Source of the DNA: an uncultured Acidobacteriota bacterium | Lineage (GTDB): Bacteria; Acidobacteriota; Terriglobia; Acidiferrales; UBA7541 | NCBI GenBank assembly: GCA_963757145.1 | Contig: CAVWQK010000005.1 | Coordinates: 1,390,606 to 1,414,605 of the forward strand | Length of the DNA: 24,000 nucleotides | Direction: 5' to 3' | Part shown: positions 1 through 13,409 of the stretch, piece after piece | How the letters are laid out: every line of letters starts with the position of its first letter | How positions within the stretch are numbered: position 1 is the first letter of the stretch | Made by a program: the position numbers and the translations under genes | Notes under the pieces: generated by a model | What the model saw: the letters and a program-made list of their open reading frames with translations, nothing else | Databases searched by the model: none | What the model was told of the DNA's origin: nothing

Positions 1-1484
1 CGATCAGCGTCCTGCAGAACTATGCCGCGTGCGCCGACAGTGACGAGTCCGACGCGCGCAAGAAAACCGCCGCGGGCCTTTCGCAGATGGCTGAGCTCTA
101 CGCGAAGGTCGACCCGAAACTACTCGTCGCCGCGTTGCAACATCTCGGATTGCGCCTGAATGTCGAGCAGGATGCCGAGCTGCAGACGTTGGTCAGCGCC
201 GCCTTCGTGCGATTGAGCCAGCAAGCCGCCACGAGCCGCTGCTACTCCGCGATGGAGCAGGCGCTCGATCTTCTCGCTGGAGTTGAAGCGCAGCGGCCGG
301 GCACCGCGCGCACGCTCCGCTCGAAAATGGGCATCGAAGAGCGCGTCCCTGAATTTGTCGAAGAAGCCTTGCGCGCGCGGCAAGCCGCTGCGGGCCTCAC
401 GAGCGTGCTGAAGATGCTGCCGCAGACCACCATGGAGCAGCTTGCTACGCGCTTCAATCGCTGCAGTCTCCGCAACGACTCGGAACATGTCGCAAATCTT
501 GCCGCCGATTTGGGCGAGGAGGCGGTGCAGTTCCTTCGTAGCACGTTGCGCGGGGGAACGGTTACGGAAGCTGTCGAAATGGTCGGCCTGCTGTGCAAAC
601 TCGATCCTCGATCCGTCGAAGTGTTTCTCCCAGCACGGATGAAAGACTTCCCGCGCAACTCACAAGATCGTATTCTCCGCCAGATTTCCGCGAGCGGCTC
701 TCCTGGACGCTGCCGGATTCTCTTGGAACTGCTCGACCATCTCGATCCGCTGGTTATGCCGCTTGCCATCGACGAGATCGGCGTCACCGAAGATCGCGAA
801 GCGCTCGGCCGTTTGCTCACGATTGTTGACGGCGATCTGCCCGTCGGCGCGGGGACGTATCTTCGCGTGAAAGCCGTCGAAGCGCTCGGCCGCATTCAGG
901 CGCCCGAAGCCGTCACCGCGCTCAAACGTGTTCTCGAGGCGAAAAAATTCCTCGGCTTTCTTCATCCACAGGAGCTTCGCATCGCCGCGATGCAAGCGCT
1001 CGAAAAACTCGATCCCGGCTGGGCTGCCGCGTTTTTGCCGTACAGCGGGCTCGACAAGGCCGACCTTACGCTGGCTCCGCTGGCGCTCAAGCCCAACAGC
1101 AAGTTCGTCCGCCAGCGTCGCCACAAACGCGTGCGCCTAACCAAACCGGTGTTCGCCGTGAGCACCAATCTGAAAGAGGCCTGCAGCCTGCAAATCAAGA
1201 CGGCGAGCCTCTCGGGCGGCGTGGCCACGATCAGCCGCCATCTCGCGCCCGGCACACCAGTTCAACTCAAATTCCAAATCGGTCTGCGAAATCTTCAAGC
1301 CACCGCACTGATGCGCGACTATCGTGCCCAAGATATGGCGTTCGAAATTGTCGACATAACGCTGGAAGAGCGGAGCCGTCTGCGCAGGCTGCTCGCCGAC
1401 CACATGTCGTCCCGCACCGCCGCGACCGCAGAAGACGCTCTCGCTTCAGCCGAAACGCCCGTCCCAACCGGTTCGCGCGGGTAG
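1..1484 (+). CDS. HEAT-repeat protein with C-terminal PilZ-like domain (5' end probably outside window)
   Basis: The frame of the 87..1484 ORF is open with no stop from nt 3, so the N-terminus is likely cut by the window edge. HEAT/PBS-lyase-type repeats are present (e.g. KAVEALGRIQAPEAVTALKRVLE). The C-terminus has RQRRHKRVRL followed by IKTASLSGG, resembling the PilZ RxxxR ... D/NxSxxG motifs, with T in place of D/N. Confidence 0.6.
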   Translation, partial: ISVLQNYAACADSDESDARKKTAAGLSQMAELYAKVDPKLLVAALQHLGLRLNVEQDAELQTLVSAAFVRLSQQAATSRCYSAMEQALDLLAGVEAQRPGTARTLRSKMGIEERVPEFVEEALRARQAAAGLTSVLKMLPQTTMEQLATRFNRCSLRNDSEHVANLAADLGEEAVQFLRSTLRGGTVTEAVEMVGLLCKLDPRSVEVFLPARMKDFPRNSQDRILRQISASGSPGRCRILLELLDHLDPLVMPLAIDEIGVTEDREALGRLLTIVDGDLPVGAGTYLRVKAVEALGRIQAPEAVTALKRVLEAKKFLGFLHPQELRIAAMQALEKLDPGWAAAFLPYSGLDKADLTLAPLALKPNSKFVRQRRHKRVRLTKPVFAVSTNLKEACSLQIKTASLSGGVATISRHLAPGTPVQLKFQIGLRNLQATALMRDYRAQDMAFEIVDITLEERSRLRRLLADHMSSRTAATAEDALASAETPVPTGSRG

Positions 1485-1695
1485 CAGTCAAGCTCGGATC
1501 GCCTCTCAGCGGGTCCGATCCCAATCCCGCAAAATCACGCCGATTTCGCACACGTGTGCCACATTCTTGGCGTCCGCGCATCGAAACAGATAGAATAAAG
1601 TGTTGCGCCGCTCATCAATTCCAGGTCTGCAAAGGCTCCCAGGTCTGTAAACACACGGCGCGGTCGAATACCGTCAGGAACGGCGAAGATAATTC

Positions 1696-4752
<3,057 letters not shown>

Positions 4753-4810
4753 CTTACGGTCGTTCGATGACGTTGCCCAAGATTGAGTCTTGGCACAATG
4801 TCTAGTTACT

Positions 4811-5180
4811 GTCATTCCGAGTGAAGCGAGGAATCTGCTTTTACGGTGTCAGCATGGAGAGAACGTACTGTGTCTATATCGCGGCGAGCCGCTTTCGCAT
4901 CCCCAATGTCGGGGTAACAAGCCGACGCGTGGAACGAGTCAAAGAACACCGAGAATCAACAAGACCAAGCTTCGCCAGTCAATATCGAATGCATCGCTTA
5001 GTTTATTTCGAGACGTATCGAGACGTGAAACCCGCGATCGCTGTGAGAAAATTAAATCCTTCACCCGCGCAAAGAAAATCGCTTCAATCGAAAGCAGAAA
5101 TCCGACCTGGACCGATCTGGCGTCAGAACAATTTGCGCCATATCCAAAAACGGCAGATTCCTCGCTTCGCTCGGAATGAC
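4811..5180. mobile_element. Inverted-repeat-bounded GIY-YIG cassette
   Basis: 4811-4838 is GTCATTCCGAGTGAAGCGAGGAATCTGC. 5153-5180 is GCAGATTCCTCGCTTCGCTCGGAATGAC, its reverse complement at 27 of 28 positions. The repeats bracket only the small GIY-YIG gene, in the secA-mrp intergenic region. No target-site duplication is seen. Confidence 0.65.
4854..5179 (+). pseudogene. GIY-YIG nuclease family protein, disrupted by a 1-nt frameshift
   Basis: The N-terminal part (MERTYCVYIAASR..NVGVTSRRVERVKEH..HRLVYFETYRDVKPAIA) is in the frame of ORF 4821..5207. The conserved C-terminal part (EKIKSFTRAKKIASIESRNPTWTDLA) is in the frame of ORF 4790..5179. The frames switch at about 5042/5043 (ATCGCT|GTGAGAAA). 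One extra base there would restore AIA-x-EKIK, as in intact family members. Confidence 0.65.
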
Positions 5181-5210
5181 AAGCCTAAGAAATCTCAGGA
5201 GAACTAAGAA

Positions 5211-6053
5211 ATGCCGCCAGCACCCCAACCCCAACAACTCCCCCCGCGCCAGCCAATCCCCGGCGTGAAAAATCTGGTAGCCATCGCCAGTGGCAAAGGC
5301 GGGGTAGGCAAAACCACAGTCGCCGTAAACCTAGCCCTAGCCCTCTCAAGACTCGGCCACAAAGTCGGCCTCTTAGACGCCGACGTCTACGGCCCCAACG
5401 TCCCCATCATGCTAGGCACGCGCGAAGAGCCCCGGGCCACCCCCGAAAAGCGCATCCATCCGGTAGAAACCCAAGGCATAAAGATGATCTCCATGGGCCT
5501 GCTGAGCCCCGGCGACGCCCCCATGATCTGGCGCGGTCCGATGCTCCACAGCGTAATCACGCAATTCCTCCGCAGCGTAATCTGGGGCGAGCTTGACTAT
5601 CTCCTCATCGATCTCCCGCCCGGCACCGGCGACGTCCAACTCACGCTCATTCAAACCGTAGCCGTCACCGGCGCGGTCGTCGTCACCACGCCCTCCACCG
5701 TCGCCCTAGCCGATGTCCGCAAAGCCATCGAAATGTTCCGCCAGGTCAATGTCGAAGTCTTAGGCGTAGTCGAAAACATGAGCACCTTCGTCTGCCCCCA
5801 CTGTGCAAAACCCATCGACATCTTCGGCCACGGCGAGGGCACAAAAACCGCCATCGCCTACGGCGTCCCCACCCTCGGCGAAATCGAAATCGACCCGCGC
5901 ATCCGCATCGGCGGCGACACCGGCCAACCGGTAGCAGCCCAGGGCCAATCCTCGGCCCCAGCCAAAAGCCTCTACGCCATCGCCCAAGCCGTAACCAAAC
6001 GCCTCGACGAACTCGGCACCAGTACCCAAGGTCCACAAGTGACCATCGATTGA
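5211..6053 (+). CDS. mrp: Mrp/NBP35 (ApbC) family Fe-S cluster carrier ATPase
   Basis: Has the deviant Walker [10 protein letters not shown], the DLPPGTGD switch and the CPHC cluster-ligating motif. AGGAG lies about 10 nt upstream of the ATG. Confidence 0.9.
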   Translation: MPPAPQPQQLPPRQPIPGVKNLVAIASGKGGVGKTTVAVNLALALSRLGHKVGLLDADVYGPNVPIMLGTREEPRATPEKRIHPVETQGIKMISMGLLSPGDAPMIWRGPMLHSVITQFLRSVIWGELDYLLIDLPPGTGDVQLTLIQTVAVTGAVVVTTPSTVALADVRKAIEMFRQVNVEVLGVVENMSTFVCPHCAKPIDIFGHGEGTKTAIAYGVPTLGEIEIDPRIRIGGDTGQPVAAQGQSSAPAKSLYAIAQAVTKRLDELGTSTQGPQVTID

Positions 6054-6060
6054 TAGGTTC

Positions 6061-6339
6061 ATGCCAGCACTGAAGAAATCGTTCACCGCCATGCTGCAAA
6101 AGAGCCCGAAGAAGGGTGGCTGGACGTTTGTGATTTGGCCAGAGTCGGTGGAATTTTTCGGCACGCGAGGCCTGGTCAAAGTTCGCGGCAAAGTAGACAG
6201 CCAAGAATTCCGCAGCTCTTTCATGGCGCTGGGCAATGGGAAACACAAGCTGCCCATGAAAGCCGAAATCCTGAAGGCAATCGGAAAGAAAGTCGGCGAT
6301 ACCGTCAAAGTCGTTCTCGAAGAACGACTATCGAAGTAG
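6061..6339 (+). CDS. DUF1905 (YdeI N-terminal-like) domain protein
   Basis: 92 aa. The pattern [64 protein letters not shown] is typical of DUF1905. It starts 8 nt after the mrp stop. Confidence 0.6.
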   Translation: MPALKKSFTAMLQKSPKKGGWTFVIWPESVEFFGTRGLVKVRGKVDSQEFRSSFMALGNGKHKLPMKAEILKAIGKKVGDTVKVVLEERLSK

Positions 6340-6415
6340 CGAAAACGCTGAGGCTCGGCCGATTCTCGAACTCTGCGCCCGCTGTGGTAAATTTTCAAGG
6401 TCCCGTGCGACTCAA

Positions 6416-6937
6416 ATGACGATCCGCCCCTACCAAGGCAAGCGCCCTGAAATCGCGAAGTCCGCTTACATCGATCCTGCCGCCATTATTATTGGCGACG
6501 TAAAAATCGGCGAAGACTCCAGTATTTGGCCGCTCACCGTCGTTCGCGGCGATGTCCACTACATCCGCATCGGGGCCCGCACCAATATCCAGGACGGTTC
6601 GATCCTTCATGTAATGCGCGACGAATATCCGCTGATTCTCGGCGACGACGTCACCGTCGGCCACGCCGTCACGCTTCACGGCTGTACAATCGCCAATCGC
6701 TGCTTGATCGGCATGGGTTCGATCATCCTCAACGGCGTGACGATCGGAGAGGGAAGCATCGTCGCAGCGGGCGCGCTGATCCTTGAGCGAACCGCCATTC
6801 CGCCCGGCAGCCTCGTCGTCGGCCATCCCGCAAAAATCAAACGCCAGCTCACCGGCATCGACCAGGCCAGCATCGACGAATACGCCAAGCGCTACGTCAC
6901 CTACAAAAACATCTACCGCGAGGAACCCGCAGAGTGA
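6416..6937 (+). CDS. Gamma carbonic anhydrase family / hexapeptide-repeat (YrdA/PaaY-like) protein
   Basis: 173 aa left-handed beta-helix hexapeptide pattern: IIGDVKIGEDSSIWPLTVVRGDVHYIRIGARTNIQDGSILHV...GHAVTLHGCTI. Confidence 0.85.
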   Translation: MTIRPYQGKRPEIAKSAYIDPAAIIIGDVKIGEDSSIWPLTVVRGDVHYIRIGARTNIQDGSILHVMRDEYPLILGDDVTVGHAVTLHGCTIANRCLIGMGSIILNGVTIGEGSIVAAGALILERTAIPPGSLVVGHPAKIKRQLTGIDQASIDEYAKRYVTYKNIYREEPAE

Positions 6938-8577
6938 GCGAGCAAGACCAAGACAAAGCAGCCAAGCGCGCCCAGTGGGAAGAAATCAACCGCGCCAAAG
7001 CGCTAGCCCGCCAGCAGGAAAAGGATGCGGCCGACCGAGCGAAAGCCGCTCCAGCCGCGCCTCGCAAGCAATTCCAGGCGATCAAGGGCACCCGCGACTT
7101 GCTCCCTCCAGACACCGCCCTCTGGAATCACGTCGAACAAACCGCCCGCGAAGTTTTCGCCACGTTCAATTTCGGCGAAATTCGCCCGCCAATCTTCGAA
7201 CCCACAGAACTCTTCGCTCGCGCGGTAGGAGACGACACAGATATCGTCGGTAAGGAGATGTATACCTTCACCCCCGCGAGCGATAGGGTTGAATCGAGTC
7301 CGAATCTGGTGGCGTTGGGCGCCCACCTGGACAACATCAAGCGCTTATTTGACGCCGGGGAAATCCCCAAAACTCCATTCAACAAACTAGCGATCGAAGA
7401 TGCCCAGAAAACCTGGCGCGAGATTGAAAGCTTAGCAACTTCCGAAAACAAGATTCCGAAGCTGGACCGACTGGTAGTTCTTATCGAATCGATGAAGCTT
7501 GGCGATTCGATCTCGCTCCGCCCTGAAGCCACAGCGAGCGTCTGCCGCGCCTACATCGAACACTCGATGCAACAACTCCCGCAACCCGTAAAGCTCTACT
7601 ACATCGGCCCAATGTTCCGCCGCGAACGCCCGCAAAAAGGCCGGTACCGCCAGTTCTATCAAATCGGCGCGGAAGTCCTCGGCGGCCAGGACGCCCCTGC
7701 CATCGACGCCGAACTCATCGACATGCTGATGACCTTCTTCGACGAGCTCGAACTCAAAGGCCTCGAACTCGACATCAACTCCATCGGCCACAACGCCCCA
7801 AACTGCCGCCCCGCCTACGTCGCTCTCCTCAAACAAGAACTCGAAACGGTAAAAGACAAACTCGGCGAAGATTCGCGGCGCCGCATCGATACCAACCCGC
7901 TTCGCGTCCTCGATTCCAAACTCGACTTCGAACAACCCATCATTGCCACGCTCCCCAAAATCGCTGACCATCTCTGTGCCGAGTGCCAATCCCACTACGC
8001 CGCCGTGAAAAACCAACTCCAACTCCGCGGTATCTTCTACCGCGAAAACTGGCGCCTGGTCCGCGGCCTCGACTACTACATGCGCACGACGTTCGAAATC
8101 ACCGCCAAAGGTCTCGGCTCGCAAAACGCCGTCTGCGGCGGCGGCCGCTACGACGGCCTAGTCGAACTCCTAGGCGGCCCACCAACGAAAGGAATCGGCT
8201 TCGCCATCGGAGAAGACCGTCTCATCCTCTCGCTACAAGAACAGGCCCGAGAGGGCGCCAGCGAAGCGAGCGCACTAGCCACTAATCTTCAGTCACTCGA
8301 CCTCTTCATCGCCTGGATGGGCCACAACACCTATGCCACCGCAGTCCGCGCCGCCAAAGACCTCCGCAACGCCGGCTTCAGCGTAGAAGTTCCCCCCACC
8401 GAACTGAAATTCGGCAAAGCCCTGGGCCAAGCCGACAAACTAGGCGCAAAATTCGCCCTGATCCTCGGCGAAAACGAAGTAAGCGAAGGCCTCTGGACGT
8501 TAAAGACTCTGTCCGACGGCGCCCAAGTGAAACTAACCGAACCCGACCTAATCGCGCACCTTCGCCAAAATCTCTAA
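6934..8577 (+). CDS. hisS: Histidine--tRNA ligase with N-terminal extension and internal insertion
   Basis: Class II HisRS motifs are present: GTRDLLP, KEMYTF...LRPE, FRRERPQKGRYRQFYQ, CGGGRYDGLVE. The GTG start overlaps the upstream stop (GTGA). At 547 aa it is over 100 aa longer than typical bacterial HisRS. Confidence 0.93.
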   Translation: MSEQDQDKAAKRAQWEEINRAKALARQQEKDAADRAKAAPAAPRKQFQAIKGTRDLLPPDTALWNHVEQTAREVFATFNFGEIRPPIFEPTELFARAVGDDTDIVGKEMYTFTPASDRVESSPNLVALGAHLDNIKRLFDAGEIPKTPFNKLAIEDAQKTWREIESLATSENKIPKLDRLVVLIESMKLGDSISLRPEATASVCRAYIEHSMQQLPQPVKLYYIGPMFRRERPQKGRYRQFYQIGAEVLGGQDAPAIDAELIDMLMTFFDELELKGLELDINSIGHNAPNCRPAYVALLKQELETVKDKLGEDSRRRIDTNPLRVLDSKLDFEQPIIATLPKIADHLCAECQSHYAAVKNQLQLRGIFYRENWRLVRGLDYYMRTTFEITAKGLGSQNAVCGGGRYDGLVELLGGPPTKGIGFAIGEDRLILSLQEQAREGASEASALATNLQSLDLFIAWMGHNTYATAVRAAKDLRNAGFSVEVPPTELKFGKALGQADKLGAKFALILGENEVSEGLWTLKTLSDGAQVKLTEPDLIAHLRQNL

Positions 8578-8769
8578 TCCCTCCGCAGCGCGATCCTCGC
8601 GGCTCCTAGGGCGTCGCTTCAGCGCGCCGAGGCAACCGAACTCCGCGTCTCGTCGCCAAATTCCTCGCTTTTTCCTCCGGCCTCCACTCGATCACACGCT
8701 GCAAACTCCCCCTCCCCCAGTTACAATAGTCCAGCACCAACGACGCTCCCAAACAAAGGACCATGCTCC

Positions 8770-10554
<1,785 letters not shown>

Positions 10555-10562
10555 AGTTCGGG

Positions 10563-10618
10563 GTCGGACCTTTAGATCCGACATGGTTGCCAGGAGCGAG
10601 AAAGGGGCTTTAGCCCCT
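10563..10618. repeat. REP-like hairpins upstream of the RAYT gene
   Basis: Hairpin 1 is GTCGGA(10563-10568)/TCCGAC(10577-10582), a degenerate copy of the downstream GTCGGACC..GGTCCGAC palindrome. Hairpin 2 is AGGGGC-TTTA-GCCCCT (10603-10618). Confidence 0.5.
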
Positions 10619-10631
10619 GAGGAAAAATGTT

Positions 10632-11177
10632 ATGGGGCGACTGACACACCGAACGGCTCCTGGATGGACCTACTTTGTAACCACCAAAGCATGGCAAAAT
10701 GTCGCAGTATTCCAAGTCGCAGCAATAGCGGAAGTTCTCCTTGCAAAATTGTGGGAATATCGAAACCGGAAAAACTACCCGCTCCACGAATTTGTTCTGA
10801 TGCCCAACCACTTGCACGTAGTGCTCACGCCCTCCAGCACAACAACTCTTCAGAAGGCCATGAACCTGATCAAAGGGAGGAGTTCTCATCCGATCAACCG
10901 CGTGCGTCAAAGCAATATGCAAATCTGGCAATCAGGTTTCCATGAATCCAGAATCCGAGATGCCGCCGACGATCAGAAAAGAGCCGACTACATCTGCTTT
11001 AACTCTGTCGTTGCCAAGCTAGTCGAGAATCCAATCGATGGACTCTTCAGTTCCGCCAGCGGAAAATACGAACTCGACCCGATTCCTCAGGGACTGAAGC
11101 TCCTCACGAACGCCTCCAAAGGTGTCGGACCTGAAGGTCCGACACCCACGGCGAACGTCAGATCGGCGGGCGCATGA
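10632..11177 (+). CDS. REP-associated tyrosine transposase (RAYT; IS200/IS605 TnpA-like Y1 HUH enzyme)
   Basis: HUH motif in LMPNHLHVVL, followed by WQSGFHESRI and the catalytic-Tyr region RADYICFNSV. Palindromic REP-like sequences flank the gene. The 3' end reads through the downstream REP (GVGPEGPTP) and overlaps the mutL ATG. Confidence 0.8.
   Translation: MGRLTHRTAPGWTYFVTTKAWQNVAVFQVAAIAEVLLAKLWEYRNRKNYPLHEFVLMPNHLHVVLTPSSTTTLQKAMNLIKGRSSHPINRVRQSNMQIWQSGFHESRIRDAADDQKRADYICFNSVVAKLVENPIDGLFSSASGKYELDPIPQGLKLLTNASKGVGPEGPTPTANVRSAGA
11121..11146. repeat. REP palindrome (11-bp stem, TGAA loop)
   Basis: GGTGTCGGACC-TGAA-GGTCCGACACC is perfectly self-complementary. It lies at the 3' end of the RAYT ORF. 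Confidence 0.7.
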
Positions 11178-13258
11178 GCCGCATCCGCATCCTCCCGGAA
11201 GCTGTCGCCAACCGCATCGCCGCGGGCGAAGTCGTCGAGCGCCCGGCCTCCGTCGTTAAAGAACTGCTGGAAAACGCCATCGACGCCGGTGCCACTGCGA
11301 TCCGCGTCGAAGTCGAATCCGGCGGCAAGCGCATGATCCGCGTCATCGACGACGGCCACGGCATGACGCACGACGACGCGCTCCTGGCGTTCGAGCGCCA
11401 CGCCACCAGCAAACTAAAATCCGCCGACGATCTCACATCGATCGCCACTCTAGGCTTCCGCGGTGAAGCCATGCCGACGATCGCCGCCGTCTCGCGCCTG
11501 CTCCTCGAAACGCGCGACGCCGTCGAGCCCGAAGGCGTCCGCGTAGAATTCGCCGCCGGAAAATTAGTCGGCGTAAAATCCGCCGGCCTCCCTGCAGGCA
11601 CCTCCGTCAGCGTCGCCGATCTTTTCTACAGCGTCCCCGCCCGCCGCAAATTCCTGAAATCCGAAACCACCGAGCTCGGCCACATCGCATCCCTAGTCAC
11701 CCACTACGCCCTCGCCAATCCTGGCAAACAATTCGTCCTTACCACGCCCACGCAACAAATCATCGACTGCGCTCCCGTCGAACGTCTCGCCGACCGCATC
11801 TACCAACTCTTCGGCAAGCAATCGCTCGACGAACTCGTCGAAATCCCCACCGCCAGCGCCGCGTTCCGCGCCGCAATCACCGAGCCCGAACTCGAACCCA
11901 ACCAAGAAAGCGCCCGCATCAGCGTCTACGGTTTTACGTCACGCCCCGAAATCCAGCGACCCAATCGCAACGGCATCTACGTGTTCGTCAATCGCCGTCT
12001 CGTGCGCGACCGCCTCATCCTGCACGCGATCCACGAAGCCTATCGCAACATTCTTCCCGGCAATGTTTTCCCCGCGACGCTCCTTTTCCTCGAAATGCCC
12101 TACGACGAAGTTGACGTCAACGTCCACCCCGCAAAAATCGAAGTCCGCTTCCGGCGCTCGCAATTCGTCCACGACTTCACGCGCGATTCAATCCGCCAAG
12201 TCCTGATGTCCGCGCGCTCCGTCCAAAGTTTCGCTGCTGCAGCCGCAGGCTCCGCCACCGCCGCGGCCATGAGTCCCGGCGTGTCCGCAGCCTACGCAGT
12301 CGCAAACGCCAGCTCAGCGCAACCCGCGATCGGCGACGGCACCGCAGGTAACGGCGCGTCGTCGGTGCCCAATCCCGCCAGCGCAACATTCGTCCCGCGC
12401 GCCGCAATCCCGGCGTTAGAAGACGTCGGCCTAGGTTCCGGCGCAGGCTCCGATAGCGGCTTCGACCTCACCTCCACCCCACTCCGCCCAGTCCCGCAAC
12501 GCTTCTCGTTCGAAACCGGCGAAACTTTCGCCGCCGGATCTGCGGTTGGTTCCGCATCGCCGCTGGCAGTGCCGGCATCCTTGACGGCTTCCGGCCCCGT
12601 GGGCTCCAACTGGGCCGCCAACTTCGCCGCTGCAAACGGAAACGGCGAAGCCCCCGCTCGCCTCCCACACCCCGACGAAATCGCCGACCTAAAGCCTTTG
12701 GGCCAAGTCAGCGCCAGTTTCATCATCGCCGTCAACGGCGAAGGACTCTGGATCGTCGACCAGCACGTAGCTCACGAACGCGTCCTCTTCGAGCAGCACC
12801 TCGAAGCCCGCCGCGCAGGCAAAGTCGAAGGCCAGCGCATGTTACTGCCGATGATTCTCGAACTGTCCCCCCGCCAGCTAGTCATCTACGAAAAAATCGC
12901 AGCCGAACTTTCCGAAAACGGCTTTGAAGTCGAACCGATGGGCCCACGCAGCGTAGCGATCCAAGCCGTCCCCGCAGGCGTCACCGGTAACGACGCCGAA
13001 AAACTCCTCACCGAAATCCTCGATGGCATTGAGCGCGAAAACGCCGCCATCTCCATCGAAACGCTGCAAGCCAAAATCGCCGCCAGCACCGCCTGTCACG
13101 CCGCGATCAAAGTCAACATGCCCCTCGATCAAACAAAAATGGAATGGCTCCTGGCCGCCCTAGCCAAAACTGACTGCCCCATGAGCTGCCCCCACGGCCG
13201 CCCAGTCGTCCTCCGCTACTCCGTAAAAGAAATCGAGCGCGCTTTCCACCGCATCTGA
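11174..13258 (+). CDS. mutL: DNA mismatch repair endonuclease MutL
   Basis: Has the GHKL ATPase N-terminus NRIAAGEVVERPASVVKELLENAIDAGA and a long Ala/Ser/Gly linker. The C-terminal endonuclease motifs are DQHVAHERVLFE and CPHGRP. Confidence 0.95.
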   Translation: MSRIRILPEAVANRIAAGEVVERPASVVKELLENAIDAGATAIRVEVESGGKRMIRVIDDGHGMTHDDALLAFERHATSKLKSADDLTSIATLGFRGEAMPTIAAVSRLLLETRDAVEPEGVRVEFAAGKLVGVKSAGLPAGTSVSVADLFYSVPARRKFLKSETTELGHIASLVTHYALANPGKQFVLTTPTQQIIDCAPVERLADRIYQLFGKQSLDELVEIPTASAAFRAAITEPELEPNQESARISVYGFTSRPEIQRPNRNGIYVFVNRRLVRDRLILHAIHEAYRNILPGNVFPATLLFLEMPYDEVDVNVHPAKIEVRFRRSQFVHDFTRDSIRQVLMSARSVQSFAAAAAGSATAAAMSPGVSAAYAVANASSAQPAIGDGTAGNGASSVPNPASATFVPRAAIPALEDVGLGSGAGSDSGFDLTSTPLRPVPQRFSFETGETFAAGSAVGSASPLAVPASLTASGPVGSNWAANFAAANGNGEAPARLPHPDEIADLKPLGQVSASFIIAVNGEGLWIVDQHVAHERVLFEQHLEARRAGKVEGQRMLLPMILELSPRQLVIYEKIAAELSENGFEVEPMGPRSVAIQAVPAGVTGNDAEKLLTEILDGIERENAAISIETLQAKIAASTACHAAIKVNMPLDQTKMEWLLAALAKTDCPMSCPHGRPVVLRYSVKEIERAFHRI

Positions 13259-13351
13259 CCGTGTCGGCAAGATTAGGTACCGGCGCAGCTGCTTTACGCT
13301 GAGCCGCCAACGGTGCGCCCCAGCTTGCCCGGGCCGTAATCCTCACCTCCA

Positions 13352-13380
13352 TTTTCGCTTCCGCCGCAACCACGTATAAT
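13352..13380 (+). promoter_or_regulatory. Putative sigma70-type promoter of fabI
   Basis: Perfect TATAAT at 13375-13380, about 30 nt upstream of the fabI ATG, with GGAG as RBS. The -35 is poor (TTTTCG/TTCGCT). Confidence 0.35.
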
Positions 13381-13409
13381 CTTCACGCACAAACGACCAC
13401 GGAGACGCA

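Noticed and set aside
4790-5207. Two overlapping ORFs (4790..5179 and 4821..5207) as separate genes
   Set aside because: They are the two halves of one frameshifted GIY-YIG gene. Their extreme ends (VIPSEARNL.., ..IPRFARNDK) are translations of the terminal inverted repeats.
10572-10931. 119-aa minus-strand ORF
   Set aside because: It is antisense to the RAYT gene, which has the HUH and Tyr motifs.
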